This document shows, in pieces, positions 35,229 through 45,420 of a stretch of DNA of 64,000 bases. The stretch comes from Candidatus Aenigmatarchaeota archaeon. Lineage in GTDB: Archaea > Aenigmatarchaeota > Aenigmatarchaeia > CG10238-14 > SCSR01. Where the stretch lies: NCBI GenBank assembly GCA_038999725.1, contig JAWBWS010000004.1, positions 717-64,716 of the forward strand, read 5' to 3'. The notes below the pieces were generated by a model that did no database searches, was not told where the DNA came from, and worked only from the letters and a program-made list of their open reading frames with translations. Numbering within the stretch: the stretch's first letter is position 1; the number at the start of each line of letters is the position of its first letter. The position numbers and the translations under genes were made by a program.

Positions 35229-36401
35229 ATGAGGATAGGCTTCTTTTGTTGGGAATCTCTCCACTCGATACCAGTAGGTGGGATGGGTGTTGCTGTAACC
35301 GAGCTTGCTGCTGCTCTTGAAAGAAAAGGAAATGAAGTTCATGTTTTCACAAGAATAGGACAAAATCAAAAGGTTTATGAAGTTGTCGATGGAGTACATT
35401 ATCACAGATGTCCATTTAACTTTTCTCCAAATTTTTTTTATGAGATGACAAATAACATGTGCAAGTCCATGGCTTACCATTTCTTTGAAACAGAAAATGT
35501 CTCTGGGGCCTTTGATATAATTCATGGACACGACTGGCATGTTGTGAATGCTCTGGATGAAATAAAAAAAGCAAGAAACAAAAGGGTTGTTTTCACTCTC
35601 CACTCAACCCAATTTGGGAGGGATGGAAATCATTTTCACGATGGTGTGGCAAAGGATATAACAAATCTTGAATGGTATGGAGCTTACATAGCTGAAAGAG
35701 TTGTAGTCTGTTCAAATACGATGAAGGAAGAAGTGCAAAGAATTTACAGAGTGCCTGAAGATAAAATTAGAATTGTACCAAATGGAGTATGGGCAAGAAA
35801 TTTTGATGGTTTTGTTGATGCATGGAAAGACGTGAAATCACATCTTGGAATTGGTGTTTATGATCCAATGATAACTTTTGTTGGAAGGATGACTATTCAG
35901 AAGGGTCCAGACTTGCTCGTTGAAGCCATTCCAGATGTTTTGAAAGATTTTCCAAATGTTAAGTTTGTTTTTGTTGGTGATGGTTACATGAAACCTCAAT
36001 TAGAAAGGAGGGTAAAAGAACTTGGCGTACAGCATGCTGTGAGATTTACAGGTTATGTTCCAGATGAATGGAAAACTAAAATAATGAAGGCCTCTGAGTG
36101 TATAGTTGTGCCAAGCAGGAATGAACCTTTTGGAATAGTTGTTCTGGAAGCTTGGTCATGCTACAAACCAGTGTTAGCCACCCATGGCACAGGATCTGGA
36201 GAACTTGTTTGGCATGATGTCACAGGTTACAGAGTTTACCAAGCTCCAAACTCTATAGCCTGGGGAATAAAAGAAATTTTGAGAAATCCTGAGCATGCGA
36301 GATGGATGGGAAAGAATGGAAGGTATGCTGCTGAAAACACCTTCACTTGGGACAAAGCTGCTGAAAAGCTTTTGTCTATTTATCAAGAAATAGTGAGGTG
36401 A
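35229..36401 (+). CDS. GT4-family glycosyltransferase (glycogen-synthase-like)
   Basis: N-terminal ESLHSIPVGGMGVAVTELAAALERKGNEVHV and a C-terminal E-x7-E-like region (PSRNEPFGIVVLEAWSC). Confidence 0.75.
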   Translation: MRIGFFCWESLHSIPVGGMGVAVTELAAALERKGNEVHVFTRIGQNQKVYEVVDGVHYHRCPFNFSPNFFYEMTNNMCKSMAYHFFETENVSGAFDIIHGHDWHVVNALDEIKKARNKRVVFTLHSTQFGRDGNHFHDGVAKDITNLEWYGAYIAERVVVCSNTMKEEVQRIYRVPEDKIRIVPNGVWARNFDGFVDAWKDVKSHLGIGVYDPMITFVGRMTIQKGPDLLVEAIPDVLKDFPNVKFVFVGDGYMKPQLERRVKELGVQHAVRFTGYVPDEWKTKIMKASECIVVPSRNEPFGIVVLEAWSCYKPVLATHGTGSGELVWHDVTGYRVYQAPNSIAWGIKEILRNPEHARWMGKNGRYAAENTFTWDKAAEKLLSIYQEIVR

Positions 36402-36405
36402 GAAG

Positions 36406-36627
36406 ATGAAGTGTTGGTTTTGTGAAAAGGAGGCTCGGGGCGTTTGCATAGTTTGCGGGAGAGCAGTTTGTCATGAGCATGCAGACAAACTCGATCAATT
36501 CACCCATGCAAAATCAGATACTTGCAGCGGTTTCGCAAGTTATGAAAAGGGATTTAATGTGTTGAAATGTAGAGAATGTAAGCTTGAGTGGGAGAGCTGG
36601 GAGCAGGGGAAGAGAGTAATCAGGTGA
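36406..36627 (+). CDS. Small Cys-rich zinc-ribbon protein
   Basis: CWFCEKEARGVCIVCGRAVCHEH...CRECK gives four CxxC pairs in 73 aa. Confidence 0.5.
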   Translation: MKCWFCEKEARGVCIVCGRAVCHEHADKLDQFTHAKSDTCSGFASYEKGFNVLKCRECKLEWESWEQGKRVIR

Positions 36628-37543
36628 TCTTGAGTAGTTTTTCAATTTCTTCCTTTTTTACAAATCTCTCTCTTCCAATTCTTGTTGTGTATAGAGCTCC
36701 ACACGCGTTTGCAAATTCAGCACACTTTTTCAGACTTAGATTTAGCAAAAAAGCTTTGATGAAGCCTGCATCAAAAGCGTCTCCCGCTCCCGTTGTTTGG
36801 ATAGGATCAACTTTAAACCCTTTCACATGAATTACCTCCCCACCTTCTCCAACATAGCTTCCATTTTCCCCATGTTTGAGGGCAACAATCTTTGGCCCAA
36901 ATTCAAGGAGCCTCTCAACAATCCTTTCTGGATCTTCAATCTTTGTTATAGCCTTACCCTCTTCATAATCGGGAAAGAAAAAATCTGTTGTTTTCAAGAT
37001 TTTAAGCAAGTCCCTTAGTCTTTTGTTTGTCCAACCTTTTGGATCCCAGTTTGGGTCTAAGCTAGTTTTCATTCCCTTCCTTCTAGCATAATTGAAAATC
37101 TCATAAACATCTTTTCTCAAACTATCGAGCAGATTAAAACCACCCACATGTAAAATTTTACCTTCTATCTCTTTCAAAGAAAAATCTTTTTTGGATAAAT
37201 TGGAATTGCTTCCTCTGAAGGATACCATAGCCCTTTTCATGTCTTCAAAAGTTAGAGAAATTGTTATTCCTGCTGTTTCTCCTTTAACTCTCCTTATTTT
37301 GGTCTTTACCCCAGCTTTTTGAATTTCTTCTATTAAAAAATCAGAAATGAAATCAAAGCCTAAGCGCCCTATGAATTTTGTTTTAAGACCGAGAGAAGAA
37401 CAGAAAGAAGCAAATATTGCAGAAGATCCACCAAGCTGAACTATAAATTTCGGCAAAATTGTTTGCCTATCTTTTTCAGGATAGTTTTTCAATGGCGAAG
37501 AAATTAAGTCAAGATTTATGTCACCTACCACACTTACATCCAT
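36620..37543 (-). CDS. PfkB-family carbohydrate kinase (second paralog)
   Basis: Ribokinase fold with IQTTGAGDAFDAGFI anion hole and an N-terminal GG motif. Confidence 0.8.
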   Translation of the reverse strand: MDVSVVGDINLDLISSPLKNYPEKDRQTILPKFIVQLGGSSAIFASFCSSLGLKTKFIGRLGFDFISDFLIEEIQKAGVKTKIRRVKGETAGITISLTFEDMKRAMVSFRGSNSNLSKKDFSLKEIEGKILHVGGFNLLDSLRKDVYEIFNYARRKGMKTSLDPNWDPKGWTNKRLRDLLKILKTTDFFFPDYEEGKAITKIEDPERIVERLLEFGPKIVALKHGENGSYVGEGGEVIHVKGFKVDPIQTTGAGDAFDAGFIKAFLLNLSLKKCAEFANACGALYTTRIGRERFVKKEEIEKLLKIT

Positions 37544-37579
37544 ATAATTTAATAGGGAATCAAAACTAAATTTAGTTTT

Positions 37580-39082
37580 ATGAATGAAGTTTTAAAGCCG
37601 AATGTTTTAATGGTTTCAGCTGAGCTTAAAAGTTTTAAATCAAGAGCTGGCGGTCTTGGTCCTGCTGTTGAAGAGCTTGCCTATTCTTTGGCAAAGCTAG
37701 GTTGCAAGGTTAGTGTGGTTAGCTTGCTATACAAGTACGGAAGAGACGAGAAAGATGAAATTAAAGAAATAGATTACAGTGATATAAAGCTTGAAGATTT
37801 TGCAGTTGTAAGCTTCTGGATTGCAAATGAAAAAGTAAGTGCCCAAATTAAAAAAGTTGAAAAAAATGGTGTAACATTTTATTTTTTAGAAAATGAAAAA
37901 TTTGCAAATCTTTTGTACGAAGGTGATGGTCTTCAAAGAGCAATTTTTTTGGCTAGAGGAACTTTAGAGTTGGCTAAGCTTTTGGACAAAGTTGATATAA
38001 TCCACTTGAATGATGCTCACACAGGCTTGATACCACTTTTCTTTAAAGCAGAATACAAATACCATAGCGATACAAAACTCAAAAACTTAAAATTTGCTTA
38101 CACTATTCACAATGCAGGAAAAGCTTACCAACAGATATTTGAAGGAGAAAGATTTTGGGAGCTTAGCATAGGAGAAGAATGGAGAGAAAAGGTTATATGG
38201 GAAGGTAAAATCAATCTAACTTATACTGCCACAATTCTTTCTGATATTTGTAACACAGTTAGCCCAGATTACGCGAAAACCTTAGAGGAAAATGGTGAAG
38301 GCTTGAGAGAAATTTTCAGGATAAAAAAAATTTTTGGAATTACCAATGGTATAGATATTGATTATTGGAGAATGCCTGAACTTAAAAGTGTGAAATCTGT
38401 AAAGGATTTGAAAGAAAAAAAGAAGATGGCAAAGATCGAGCTCTTGAAAGAAATAGAAAAGATAAAGGGGGACAAGCTTTCCGAAGAAAGGCTAACGATA
38501 GTAATTCCTAGGAGATTTGCAGATCAAAAGGGTTTTGAAATCTTCTTACCTCACTCTGGAATAATAGTGAAGAGTAGGGAAGAAGGTGGTTTGGGTGCAC
38601 AAATCATCATCCTTGGAAGAGCCGCCCTTGGAGATCCTGTTGGAAGGAAGTGGATAGAAATGTGTAAAAGGCTTGATGAAGAATTGGGGAACTACTTTGT
38701 TTTCATTCAAGGGTTTAATGAAGAACTTGCAAAGAAAATGTATTGGGGAGGAGATTTGCTCCTCTATCCTTCTCTACCAGGAAAAGAACCCTGTGGTACA
38801 GGCTACATGATGGCTGCAGTTAATGGTACTGTAACCTTGGGAACAGATACAGGAGGGATGAGTGATAAAATAATCGACTTCAAGAATGGATTTAAAATCA
38901 AAAAAGAGGAATATGGGTGGGAGGCCTTTTTAGAAAAATTAAAAATCATCTCAAACCTTTTCTATGAGGAAAGAGAGAAGTGGGATGAAATAATGTGGAA
39001 TGCCTTCAAAATGAAAGTTGACATGGATGAAACAGCAAAAGAATACCTAACAAAATTATACTTTCCAATCCTAAAAAAATAA
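37580..39082 (+). CDS. glgA: Glycogen/starch synthase-like glycosyltransferase (GlgA-like, GT5-type N-terminus)
   Basis: LMVSAELKSFKSRAGGLGPAVEELAYSLAKLGCKVSVV matches the K-x-GG-L ADP-glucose-binding N-terminus of GlgA; 500 aa. Confidence 0.7.
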   Translation: MNEVLKPNVLMVSAELKSFKSRAGGLGPAVEELAYSLAKLGCKVSVVSLLYKYGRDEKDEIKEIDYSDIKLEDFAVVSFWIANEKVSAQIKKVEKNGVTFYFLENEKFANLLYEGDGLQRAIFLARGTLELAKLLDKVDIIHLNDAHTGLIPLFFKAEYKYHSDTKLKNLKFAYTIHNAGKAYQQIFEGERFWELSIGEEWREKVIWEGKINLTYTATILSDICNTVSPDYAKTLEENGEGLREIFRIKKIFGITNGIDIDYWRMPELKSVKSVKDLKEKKKMAKIELLKEIEKIKGDKLSEERLTIVIPRRFADQKGFEIFLPHSGIIVKSREEGGLGAQIIILGRAALGDPVGRKWIEMCKRLDEELGNYFVFIQGFNEELAKKMYWGGDLLLYPSLPGKEPCGTGYMMAAVNGTVTLGTDTGGMSDKIIDFKNGFKIKKEEYGWEAFLEKLKIISNLFYEEREKWDEIMWNAFKMKVDMDETAKEYLTKLYFPILKK

Positions 39083-39083
39083 T

Positions 39084-40304
39084 ATGAAGATTGCTTTCAT
39101 CTCTTGGGAGTATACTCCTTTCTTGGTAGGTGGTCTTGGGATTTATTCTTTGAACATGACAAGAAAGTTTGTTGAGAAGGGAAATGAAGTTTCAGTTTTC
39201 ACCATGAATCCAAAAAATTCAAAGGAGTTTGAGGAAAAAAATGGGATAAAAATTTACAGGTTCTCTTTTCTTGACAGCTCAAAGACAATTTCAATTTTTG
39301 CAAATAGTGATATTTTAAGTTGGGGGAAAGGTCTAAAGCTTTTTTCTGACATTTTTAATTACAATTTCCTCTTGACAAAAAAGTTTACTGAGCTACAAAA
39401 AAGGGAAAAGTTTGATATCATAGCCGTTCATGATTGGATTTCTGCTTTTTCTGGTTTGATGCTCAAGCAAACAAAAGTTCCAATAGTTTTTCACTTACAT
39501 TCTGTTGAAGAAATTAGAAATTTCCCAGGATCGGAGACTTTGAAAAGATTGGAGAGAGAAATGGCAAAAGAAGCTAATAAAGTGATAACGGTCTCCGAAT
39601 CCATGAGAGATTTTGTTGGATCAATAGGTTATGATAAAGAAAAAATTTCTGTATGCTGGAATGGAACAGATCCTGAAGCTTTTGATCCCAAAAAAGTTGA
39701 TCTTGAACTTGTGGAAAAATTGAAAGAAAGATATAAAATAAGAGAAGAGAAAATTGTTTTTTTCATTGGCAGGCTTGTGTGGTTCAAGGGAATTTACAAT
39801 TTGGTTAAAGCCATGAGTTTTGTTTTAAAAGAATTTCCAAACACGAAGCTTATTATGGTGGGGATTGGTGAAAGTGAAAATCTTATGCAAGAGGTAAAAG
39901 CCTTAGGTTTAGAAAAAAATATCGTTTTGGTAAATAAGTGGTTAAGTGATGAAGAAAAGCTTGCCCACTTTTATTTGGCTGATGTTTGTGTTTTCCCAAG
40001 CATAAACGAGCCCTTTGGTATAGTTGCTTCTGAAGCTATGGCAATGGAAAAGCCTGTTGTTGTTGGTGCTTCCGGTGTTTCTGGCTTTAAAGAACAGGTT
40101 GTTCCTTCTGGTGAAAAAAGGACAGGAGTTCATGTGGATGGAAATAGCCCTCAAGATGTAGCCTGGGGAATAAAAGAGGTTTTGGGGAATTTAGAAGAAG
40201 CTAAGAAATGGGGGAAAAATGGGAGGGAGCTTGTGCTTGAAAAATTCAACTTTGAGTTAACTGCAACTAAGACATTATCAATTTATGAAAGCTTGCTGAA
40301 ATAA
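39084..40304 (+). CDS. GT4-family glycosyltransferase (paralog of 35229–36401)
   Basis: MKIAFISWEYTPFLVGGLGIYSLNMTRKFVEKGNEVSVFT and a C-terminal PSINEPFGIVASEAMAM. Confidence 0.75.
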   Translation: MKIAFISWEYTPFLVGGLGIYSLNMTRKFVEKGNEVSVFTMNPKNSKEFEEKNGIKIYRFSFLDSSKTISIFANSDILSWGKGLKLFSDIFNYNFLLTKKFTELQKREKFDIIAVHDWISAFSGLMLKQTKVPIVFHLHSVEEIRNFPGSETLKRLEREMAKEANKVITVSESMRDFVGSIGYDKEKISVCWNGTDPEAFDPKKVDLELVEKLKERYKIREEKIVFFIGRLVWFKGIYNLVKAMSFVLKEFPNTKLIMVGIGESENLMQEVKALGLEKNIVLVNKWLSDEEKLAHFYLADVCVFPSINEPFGIVASEAMAMEKPVVVGASGVSGFKEQVVPSGEKRTGVHVDGNSPQDVAWGIKEVLGNLEEAKKWGKNGRELVLEKFNFELTATKTLSIYESLLK

Positions 40305-40308
40305 TTAA

Positions 40309-41118
40309 TTGATGGTAAGGATAATAGGAATAGTTTCTGGTAAAGGGGGTGTGGGTAAAACAACAGTCACAGCTAATCTTGCTCTTGCTTTGGCTAAACT
40401 TGGAAAAGAGGTTAGGGTTATTGATTGTAACATCACAACTTCCCATTTAGGCTTTCTCTTTGATTTTCATTTTTACCCTAAGAGCTTGAATGATGTGTTA
40501 GCTGGAAGAACTTCAATAGAGGAAGTCACTTTCTTCAAAGAGGGAATAGGGATAATTCCCGCAAGCCTAAAAGTTGAAGATTTGGCTGGAGTTAATATTG
40601 AGAATCTGAAAGAGGTGATCAAAGGGATAGAAGCTGATTTTGTTTTACTCGATTCTGCCCCTGGTCTTGGTAAAGAAGCTTTAAGCGTTTTAACAGCAGC
40701 ACGAGAAGTTCTTTTTGTCACTGTTCCTTATTTAAACTCTGTTATTGATGTTGTTAAATGTGAAAAGGTGGCAAAAAGTCTTGGCTTAGCTCCTTTGGGA
40801 ATAGTTTTGAACATGGTTAAGGGCTATCCTCATGAGATGAGCAAAAAAGAAATAGAAGAAATCACAAATCTTCCAACCTTAGCAGAAATTCCATATGACG
40901 AGAACGTTAGCATAGCACTATCTTTTGGTAAGTCCGTCCTCCATTTCAACCCATACTCACCAGCAAGCTTAGAATTTAAAAAGCTTGCTGGCAAAATTTC
41001 AGGGATTGAAGTCGAGGAGAAAAAACCCAATGTTTTTTCTAGGCTTGTGTTGAACTTAAGGAACAAGCTTTTGCTAAGGAGACCCCTCAAGCCTGAGCTT
41101 CTGATAGAAAAGATTTAA
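40309..41118 (+). CDS. MinD/ParA-family P-loop ATPase
   Basis: Deviant Walker A GIVSGKGGVGKTT; ~270 aa. Confidence 0.85.
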   Translation: MMVRIIGIVSGKGGVGKTTVTANLALALAKLGKEVRVIDCNITTSHLGFLFDFHFYPKSLNDVLAGRTSIEEVTFFKEGIGIIPASLKVEDLAGVNIENLKEVIKGIEADFVLLDSAPGLGKEALSVLTAAREVLFVTVPYLNSVIDVVKCEKVAKSLGLAPLGIVLNMVKGYPHEMSKKEIEEITNLPTLAEIPYDENVSIALSFGKSVLHFNPYSPASLEFKKLAGKISGIEVEEKKPNVFSRLVLNLRNKLLLRRPLKPELLIEKI

Positions 41119-41150
41119 AAATGGAAAAGACAAATTGAGATTCTGAGAAG

Positions 41151-41579
41151 ATGAAAAGAGAAAAGGCAAAAGTTGTGTTCACCGTGGGAAAAAGAAAGAG
41201 GGCAATAGCTAGAGCAAAAGTTGTCCCTGGTACAGGAAGAGTTATAATTAACTCTAAACCTTTGGAAATTTGGGGGAATGAATACATGAGGCTTCGTGTC
41301 AAAGAACCTTTGCTTTTATCAGAAGATTTGGGTGGAAAGCTTGATTTTTATGTGAATGTTAAAGGTGGTGGTACAACAGGTCAGACAGAGGCTATAAGAA
41401 CAGCTATTGCAAGAGGTTTGGTAGAGTTTTCAAAAGACAAGAAGCTTGAAGAAAAGCTCTTGAATTATGATAGGAATCTGCTCGTCTTTGACTTCAGAAG
41501 AACAGAGCCTCACCATGGTAGCGGAAGGGGAGCAAGCAAGCGTGGCTCAAGACGTCATAAACAGAGGAGTAAGAGATAA
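41151..41579 (+). CDS. rps9: 30S ribosomal protein S9
   Basis: GGGTTGQTEAIRTAIARGL and a C-terminal RSKR tail. Confidence 0.9.
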   Translation: MKREKAKVVFTVGKRKRAIARAKVVPGTGRVIINSKPLEIWGNEYMRLRVKEPLLLSEDLGGKLDFYVNVKGGGTTGQTEAIRTAIARGLVEFSKDKKLEEKLLNYDRNLLVFDFRRTEPHHGSGRGASKRGSRRHKQRSKR

Positions 41580-41582
41580 AAG

Positions 41583-41855
41583 TTAGCTTTTAAGATAGAG
41601 TTCTAGCAATCTTTTTATGTCAGATATTGGAAGTTTTATTTCAGATTTGGGTAAGAAGAAAGTTAAGTATTTGTTCTCATCTATTTTTGTCAGGTTATCG
41701 ATTGGGATTTTTTCTATTTTATAAATCAGTTTTAGCTCATCTTTGGTCAGAATATGTAAATCAACAAAAAGGTAAGAAGATTTGCTAGATGGGAAAATCG
41801 TGACACAAAATTTCTCATACTCTAAATAAGGTAAAATGGCATCTCTCTTTAACAT
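41583..41855 (-). CDS. Hypothetical small protein
   Basis: 90-aa ORF on the opposite strand between rps9 and the PGM/PMM gene. No motifs; low-complexity K/L-rich. Confidence 0.3.
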   Translation of the reverse strand: MLKRDAILPYLEYEKFCVTIFPSSKSSYLFVDLHILTKDELKLIYKIEKIPIDNLTKIDENKYLTFFLPKSEIKLPISDIKRLLELYLKS

Positions 41856-41997
41856 TTTCTCAATTTTCCCTTAAACTTTAATCTATTTAATTCTTTCTAT
41901 TTCTCATGAAAACTGTAAAAAAGTAATATATTAATGTGCAAATTTTTCCTTTTAAACTATCAATCTTTTAGTTAAAATTCCAAATAATTTATTTTAG

Positions 41998-43374
41998 ATG
42001 GGATCTAAAAACAGTGAAAACATCTTCAGGCCAAATGACATCAGAGGTATATATGGTAGAGATTTAACGGAAGATGTAGCAGAAAAAATTGGCAAAGCTT
42101 TTGGAACTCTTTTGGGAGAGGGGAAAGTTGTGGCTGTGGGGAGAGATGTAAGACTAAGCAGTAAGAGCTTAAGAGATTCTCTAGTCAAGGGTTTAATTTC
42201 TACAGGCTGCAATGTTGTAGATATCGGTGTAGTAACCACACCCGCCTTTTACTTTTCCCTTTTTTTCTACAAGTTCGATGGTGGTATAATGATAACAGCT
42301 TCACACAATCCTCCAGAATGGAATGGTTTTCACATATACAGAGGAATAAACTCTTTGATTGTCGAAGAAGAAATCAACAAACTGAAAGAAATTATAGAGA
42401 AAGAAGAATTCAGAAAAGCCAAAAAGAAAGGTAAGGTTAGAAAGCATTATATTCTAAAAGATTACATAAGCTTCCTTTCTTCAAAAGTAAAGATTAAGAA
42501 AAAATTGAAGGTAGTTGTGGATTGCTCGAATGGTTGTGCAGCTTTGGTTATACCAAAGCTTCTCAAGAAGCTTGACCAAGAAGTTGTTGTGCTTAATGCT
42601 AAAATGGATGGTAAATTTCCTGCTCATGGACCAGATGTAAAGGAAGAAAACTTGAAAGAATTGAAAAAAATGGTTAAAGAAATTAAAGCAGATTTAGGGG
42701 TTTGTTATGATGGGGATGCTGATAGAGCAGCTTTTGTTGATGAAAGGGGTAGAGTTATACAAGGTGATAAGGCAGCTTTGATTATTTTGGAAGATGTGTT
42801 CAGGAGAAAGAAATCTCCAAGAATTTTAGATGATGTGAGTTGCTCTTCTGCTATAGAAGAATATATAAGAAGTAAAGGTGGTATCCTAAAAACAAGCAGG
42901 AGGGGTCACGCTTTTCTTCAACAAATAATGAGAAAAGAAAAAATTGATTTTGGTTTTGAAAAAAGTTCTCATTTTTATTTTTCAGAGCTAAGAGGTTTTG
43001 ACGACGCTGCTCTAGCAACTCTGAAAGTAGCCGAAGTCCTCTCAAGAAGCAAAAGAAGTTTTTCTCAAATCGTTAATTCTATTAACTGGCCTCCAAGCAA
43101 AGAAGAAACTTTGTATTGTGATGATGAAATTAAGCTTAAGGTCATTCAAAATGTGAAAAAAGAAATTCGCATACTTGGATTTAAAACTATTGAGCTAGAT
43201 GGGGTAAAAGCCTTCATGCAAGAAGGATGGTTTTTAGTAAGAGCTTCGATAACAGAGCCTGCCATAAGAATTACTGTTGAGGCAAAAGAAGAAAAAGCAT
43301 TAAAGGAAATTTTAAGCTTCACAAAGAAGCTTGTGAAGAAAGAAATAAATATATGTTCAGCTAAGGTAAAATGA
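41998..43374 (+). CDS. Phosphoglucomutase/phosphomannomutase (archaeal PGM/PMM family)
   Basis: Active-site Ser loop [12 protein letters not shown], metal-binding DGDADR, and sugar-binding GFEKSSH motifs. Confidence 0.85.
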   Translation: MGSKNSENIFRPNDIRGIYGRDLTEDVAEKIGKAFGTLLGEGKVVAVGRDVRLSSKSLRDSLVKGLISTGCNVVDIGVVTTPAFYFSLFFYKFDGGIMITASHNPPEWNGFHIYRGINSLIVEEEINKLKEIIEKEEFRKAKKKGKVRKHYILKDYISFLSSKVKIKKKLKVVVDCSNGCAALVIPKLLKKLDQEVVVLNAKMDGKFPAHGPDVKEENLKELKKMVKEIKADLGVCYDGDADRAAFVDERGRVIQGDKAALIILEDVFRRKKSPRILDDVSCSSAIEEYIRSKGGILKTSRRGHAFLQQIMRKEKIDFGFEKSSHFYFSELRGFDDAALATLKVAEVLSRSKRSFSQIVNSINWPPSKEETLYCDDEIKLKVIQNVKKEIRILGFKTIELDGVKAFMQEGWFLVRASITEPAIRITVEAKEEKALKEILSFTKKLVKKEINICSAKVK

Positions 43375-43384
43375 AGGGAAGTTT

Positions 43385-43579
43385 ATGATAATCCCTGTTA
43401 GGTGCTTTACCTGTGGCAAGCCTATTGGACACTTATGGGAAGAATATAAAAAAAGGGTAGGGATGGGAGAGGATTCAGGAAAAGTATTGGATAGCCTAGG
43501 GTTAAAGCGTTACTGCTGCAGGCAGGTATTTTTGGGTACAGTAGAGCTACTTAGAGAGGTGGAGGAATTCAAACCATAA
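43385..43579 (+). CDS. rpoN: DNA-directed RNA polymerase subunit N (Rpb10)
   Basis: [15 protein letters not shown]...YCCRQ zinc bundle; 64 aa. Confidence 0.9.
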   Translation: MIIPVRCFTCGKPIGHLWEEYKKRVGMGEDSGKVLDSLGLKRYCCRQVFLGTVELLREVEEFKP

Positions 43580-43630
43580 TATTTTTAACACTAAATTCAA
43601 AAAATATTTACATACTGGTGGTAAAAAATT

Positions 43631-43909
43631 TTGAAAGATGATGGGATGATATGGCCTGCTGACAGGTTGACGAGATTCGAGTTTGCAAGGATACTTGGCG
43701 CCAGAGCTTTGCAAATTTCTCTAGGTGCACCAATTTTGGTTAAAACTGATGCAACTGATCCAATTGAAATAGCAAAAATAGAATTTAAAGAAAAAATGAT
43801 TCCAATAACTGTGAAAAGAAGGTTGCCCAATGGGGAAGAAATGGTAATAAACATCAAAAAAGCAATGGAAAACTGGATTGCGGAGCATGGGGAAGAAGAT
43901 TTAATTTAG
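43631..43909 (+). CDS. rpoK: DNA-directed RNA polymerase subunit K (Rpb6)
   Basis: [25 protein letters not shown] is the conserved Rpb6/omega core. Confidence 0.85.
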   Translation: MKDDGMIWPADRLTRFEFARILGARALQISLGAPILVKTDATDPIEIAKIEFKEKMIPITVKRRLPNGEEMVINIKKAMENWIAEHGEEDLI

Positions 43910-45406
43910 ATACATCTTGTAAATTTTTTCTACCTGATTGTCTGAAATGAAAAAAGAAAAATCTTGTGAAAGGTTTGGGTCTTTTTTGCTAATATGAAGG
44001 AGAAGTACAATCTCCTTCTTCAAATCTTCTGACATTTTCTCAAATTTCTCTCTTTCTACAGGAGGTACAACCTCAGAGTAAATGTGGGGATACTTTTCAG
44101 CATGAATTGAGGCAAAATCTGGATCACACCATTTTTTGTAATTATCGTATTTCTTAAAGTAAGGGCTCAAGCCCCTAACAGAAGGTCTCATATATGATGA
44201 ACCTGAAGATGCGTGTAAGCTCAATGGACAACCAACAGCACATTTTTTGGAACTTAAAACATCAACCAATATTTTGTAATTCCTTCCCCACTCATTTTCT
44301 CTTTCAATTGAGAACCTTTTCCTAATTTTTTCTTCCATTTCTCTTACAACATGCACAACTATAGCTTTTCCCAATATTCTGAGATTTCCATAAGCATTTA
44401 TTAGCTTTTCATCTTCTATATCCATCGAATTCAAGATTTTTTCATAAGTTTCTGTTGGCTTTTTTAAACCACCTGTCCATATGTGAAGGCTTCTGTTTCC
44501 AGAAAAATGAACATAACCTTTTATCCCATAGCTATTTAAGAAATTTAAAATTTGAGAAATTACTTCAAAAGAAAGAGCATATGCCTTTTGTAGGTCTATT
44601 ATTTTTAACATATCTCCAATATCAGTCTCTATAACAAAAATTGAAGGAAAATCGTCTTCCTTCTTGTCAACTGAAGTATAAATTTGTATCATGTTATATT
44701 CTCTCACATATTTTTCAAAATCTTCAGGGCTTTCTGGCGGTGGCAAAAGTTCCTTTCTATATTTAAGCCACATCCTCATTTTTGGCTTTTCACATCCTTT
44801 GGCCCATTTTATCCTCACATATCTATCCCTACAAAAATTTTTTATGACTTCTTGGACTATGGGCTTAGAGTAATATTTCAATAACTTTTCTTTGTCGACC
44901 CTCATGTCAAAAGCTGAAAATCTTTCAGTTTCTGGTAGTGGTGAATCGTAAACCACTTTTCTTGTACCATCTGTATCAAAAACAATTCTCAATCTATTCT
45001 CAACATTCCAGCCCCAGTCTTCTGGAAGTAAAATAGCGAAAATTTCAGTCATTATGTTTTTCTTGAATCTATCTAAACCTCCTCTGTAAGAACTTGTGAA
45101 AGAAACTGGTAAAAATGAATAGTTCTCATCTGCTTCGAATGAAACTTTCAGTGGAATCTCTTGTCTTCCAGGCTTGTTTTTTCTACCAAAGAAATAAGGT
45201 ATAAAAATTTTATACAAGCTCTCCCTTATTTTGTTCATATTCTCTATATTTTTTCTCTCAAAAGCTGCACAAAATTCAATCGTGTAATTAACTTTATTCC
45301 TGAATTTTTTCTCCTGCCAAAACTCGTCAATTTTGTTGTAGAGGAGAGAAGTTAATTCTTGTAAGTTAAAACATTTTCCAGGCTCTTTTTTAAACCTTGG
45401 TCTCAA
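43901..45406 (-). CDS. Divergent archaeo-eukaryotic primase (AEP) superfamily protein (PrimPol/PriS-like) with long N-terminal extension
   Basis: Motif I hhhDhD: [11 protein letters not shown]. Motif II: [13 protein letters not shown] (S-G-x-R-x-x-H). Candidate motif III: [18 protein letters not shown] (compare R-h-P-G-S-x-H-x-K-S-G). 501 aa, with the first ~250 aa unassignable. Confidence 0.55.
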   Translation of the reverse strand: MRPRFKKEPGKCFNLQELTSLLYNKIDEFWQEKKFRNKVNYTIEFCAAFERKNIENMNKIRESLYKIFIPYFFGRKNKPGRQEIPLKVSFEADENYSFLPVSFTSSYRGGLDRFKKNIMTEIFAILLPEDWGWNVENRLRIVFDTDGTRKVVYDSPLPETERFSAFDMRVDKEKLLKYYSKPIVQEVIKNFCRDRYVRIKWAKGCEKPKMRMWLKYRKELLPPPESPEDFEKYVREYNMIQIYTSVDKKEDDFPSIFVIETDIGDMLKIIDLQKAYALSFEVISQILNFLNSYGIKGYVHFSGNRSLHIWTGGLKKPTETYEKILNSMDIEDEKLINAYGNLRILGKAIVVHVVREMEEKIRKRFSIERENEWGRNYKILVDVLSSKKCAVGCPLSLHASSGSSYMRPSVRGLSPYFKKYDNYKKWCDPDFASIHAEKYPHIYSEVVPPVEREKFEKMSEDLKKEIVLLLHISKKDPNLSQDFSFFISDNQVEKIYKMYLN

Positions 45407-45420
45407 CCTTGTCTTCCCCT

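Noticed and set aside
40473-41302. Antisense ORFs within minD and between minD/rps9 (40473–40721, 40830–41090, 41087–41302)
   Set aside because: They are antisense to well-supported genes, or span the short intergenic region without motifs.
41994-42239. Minus 81-aa ORF overlapping the 5' end of the PGM/PMM gene
   Set aside because: It is antisense to the conserved phosphohexomutase N-terminus, with a Pro/Ser/Thr-rich translation lacking structure.
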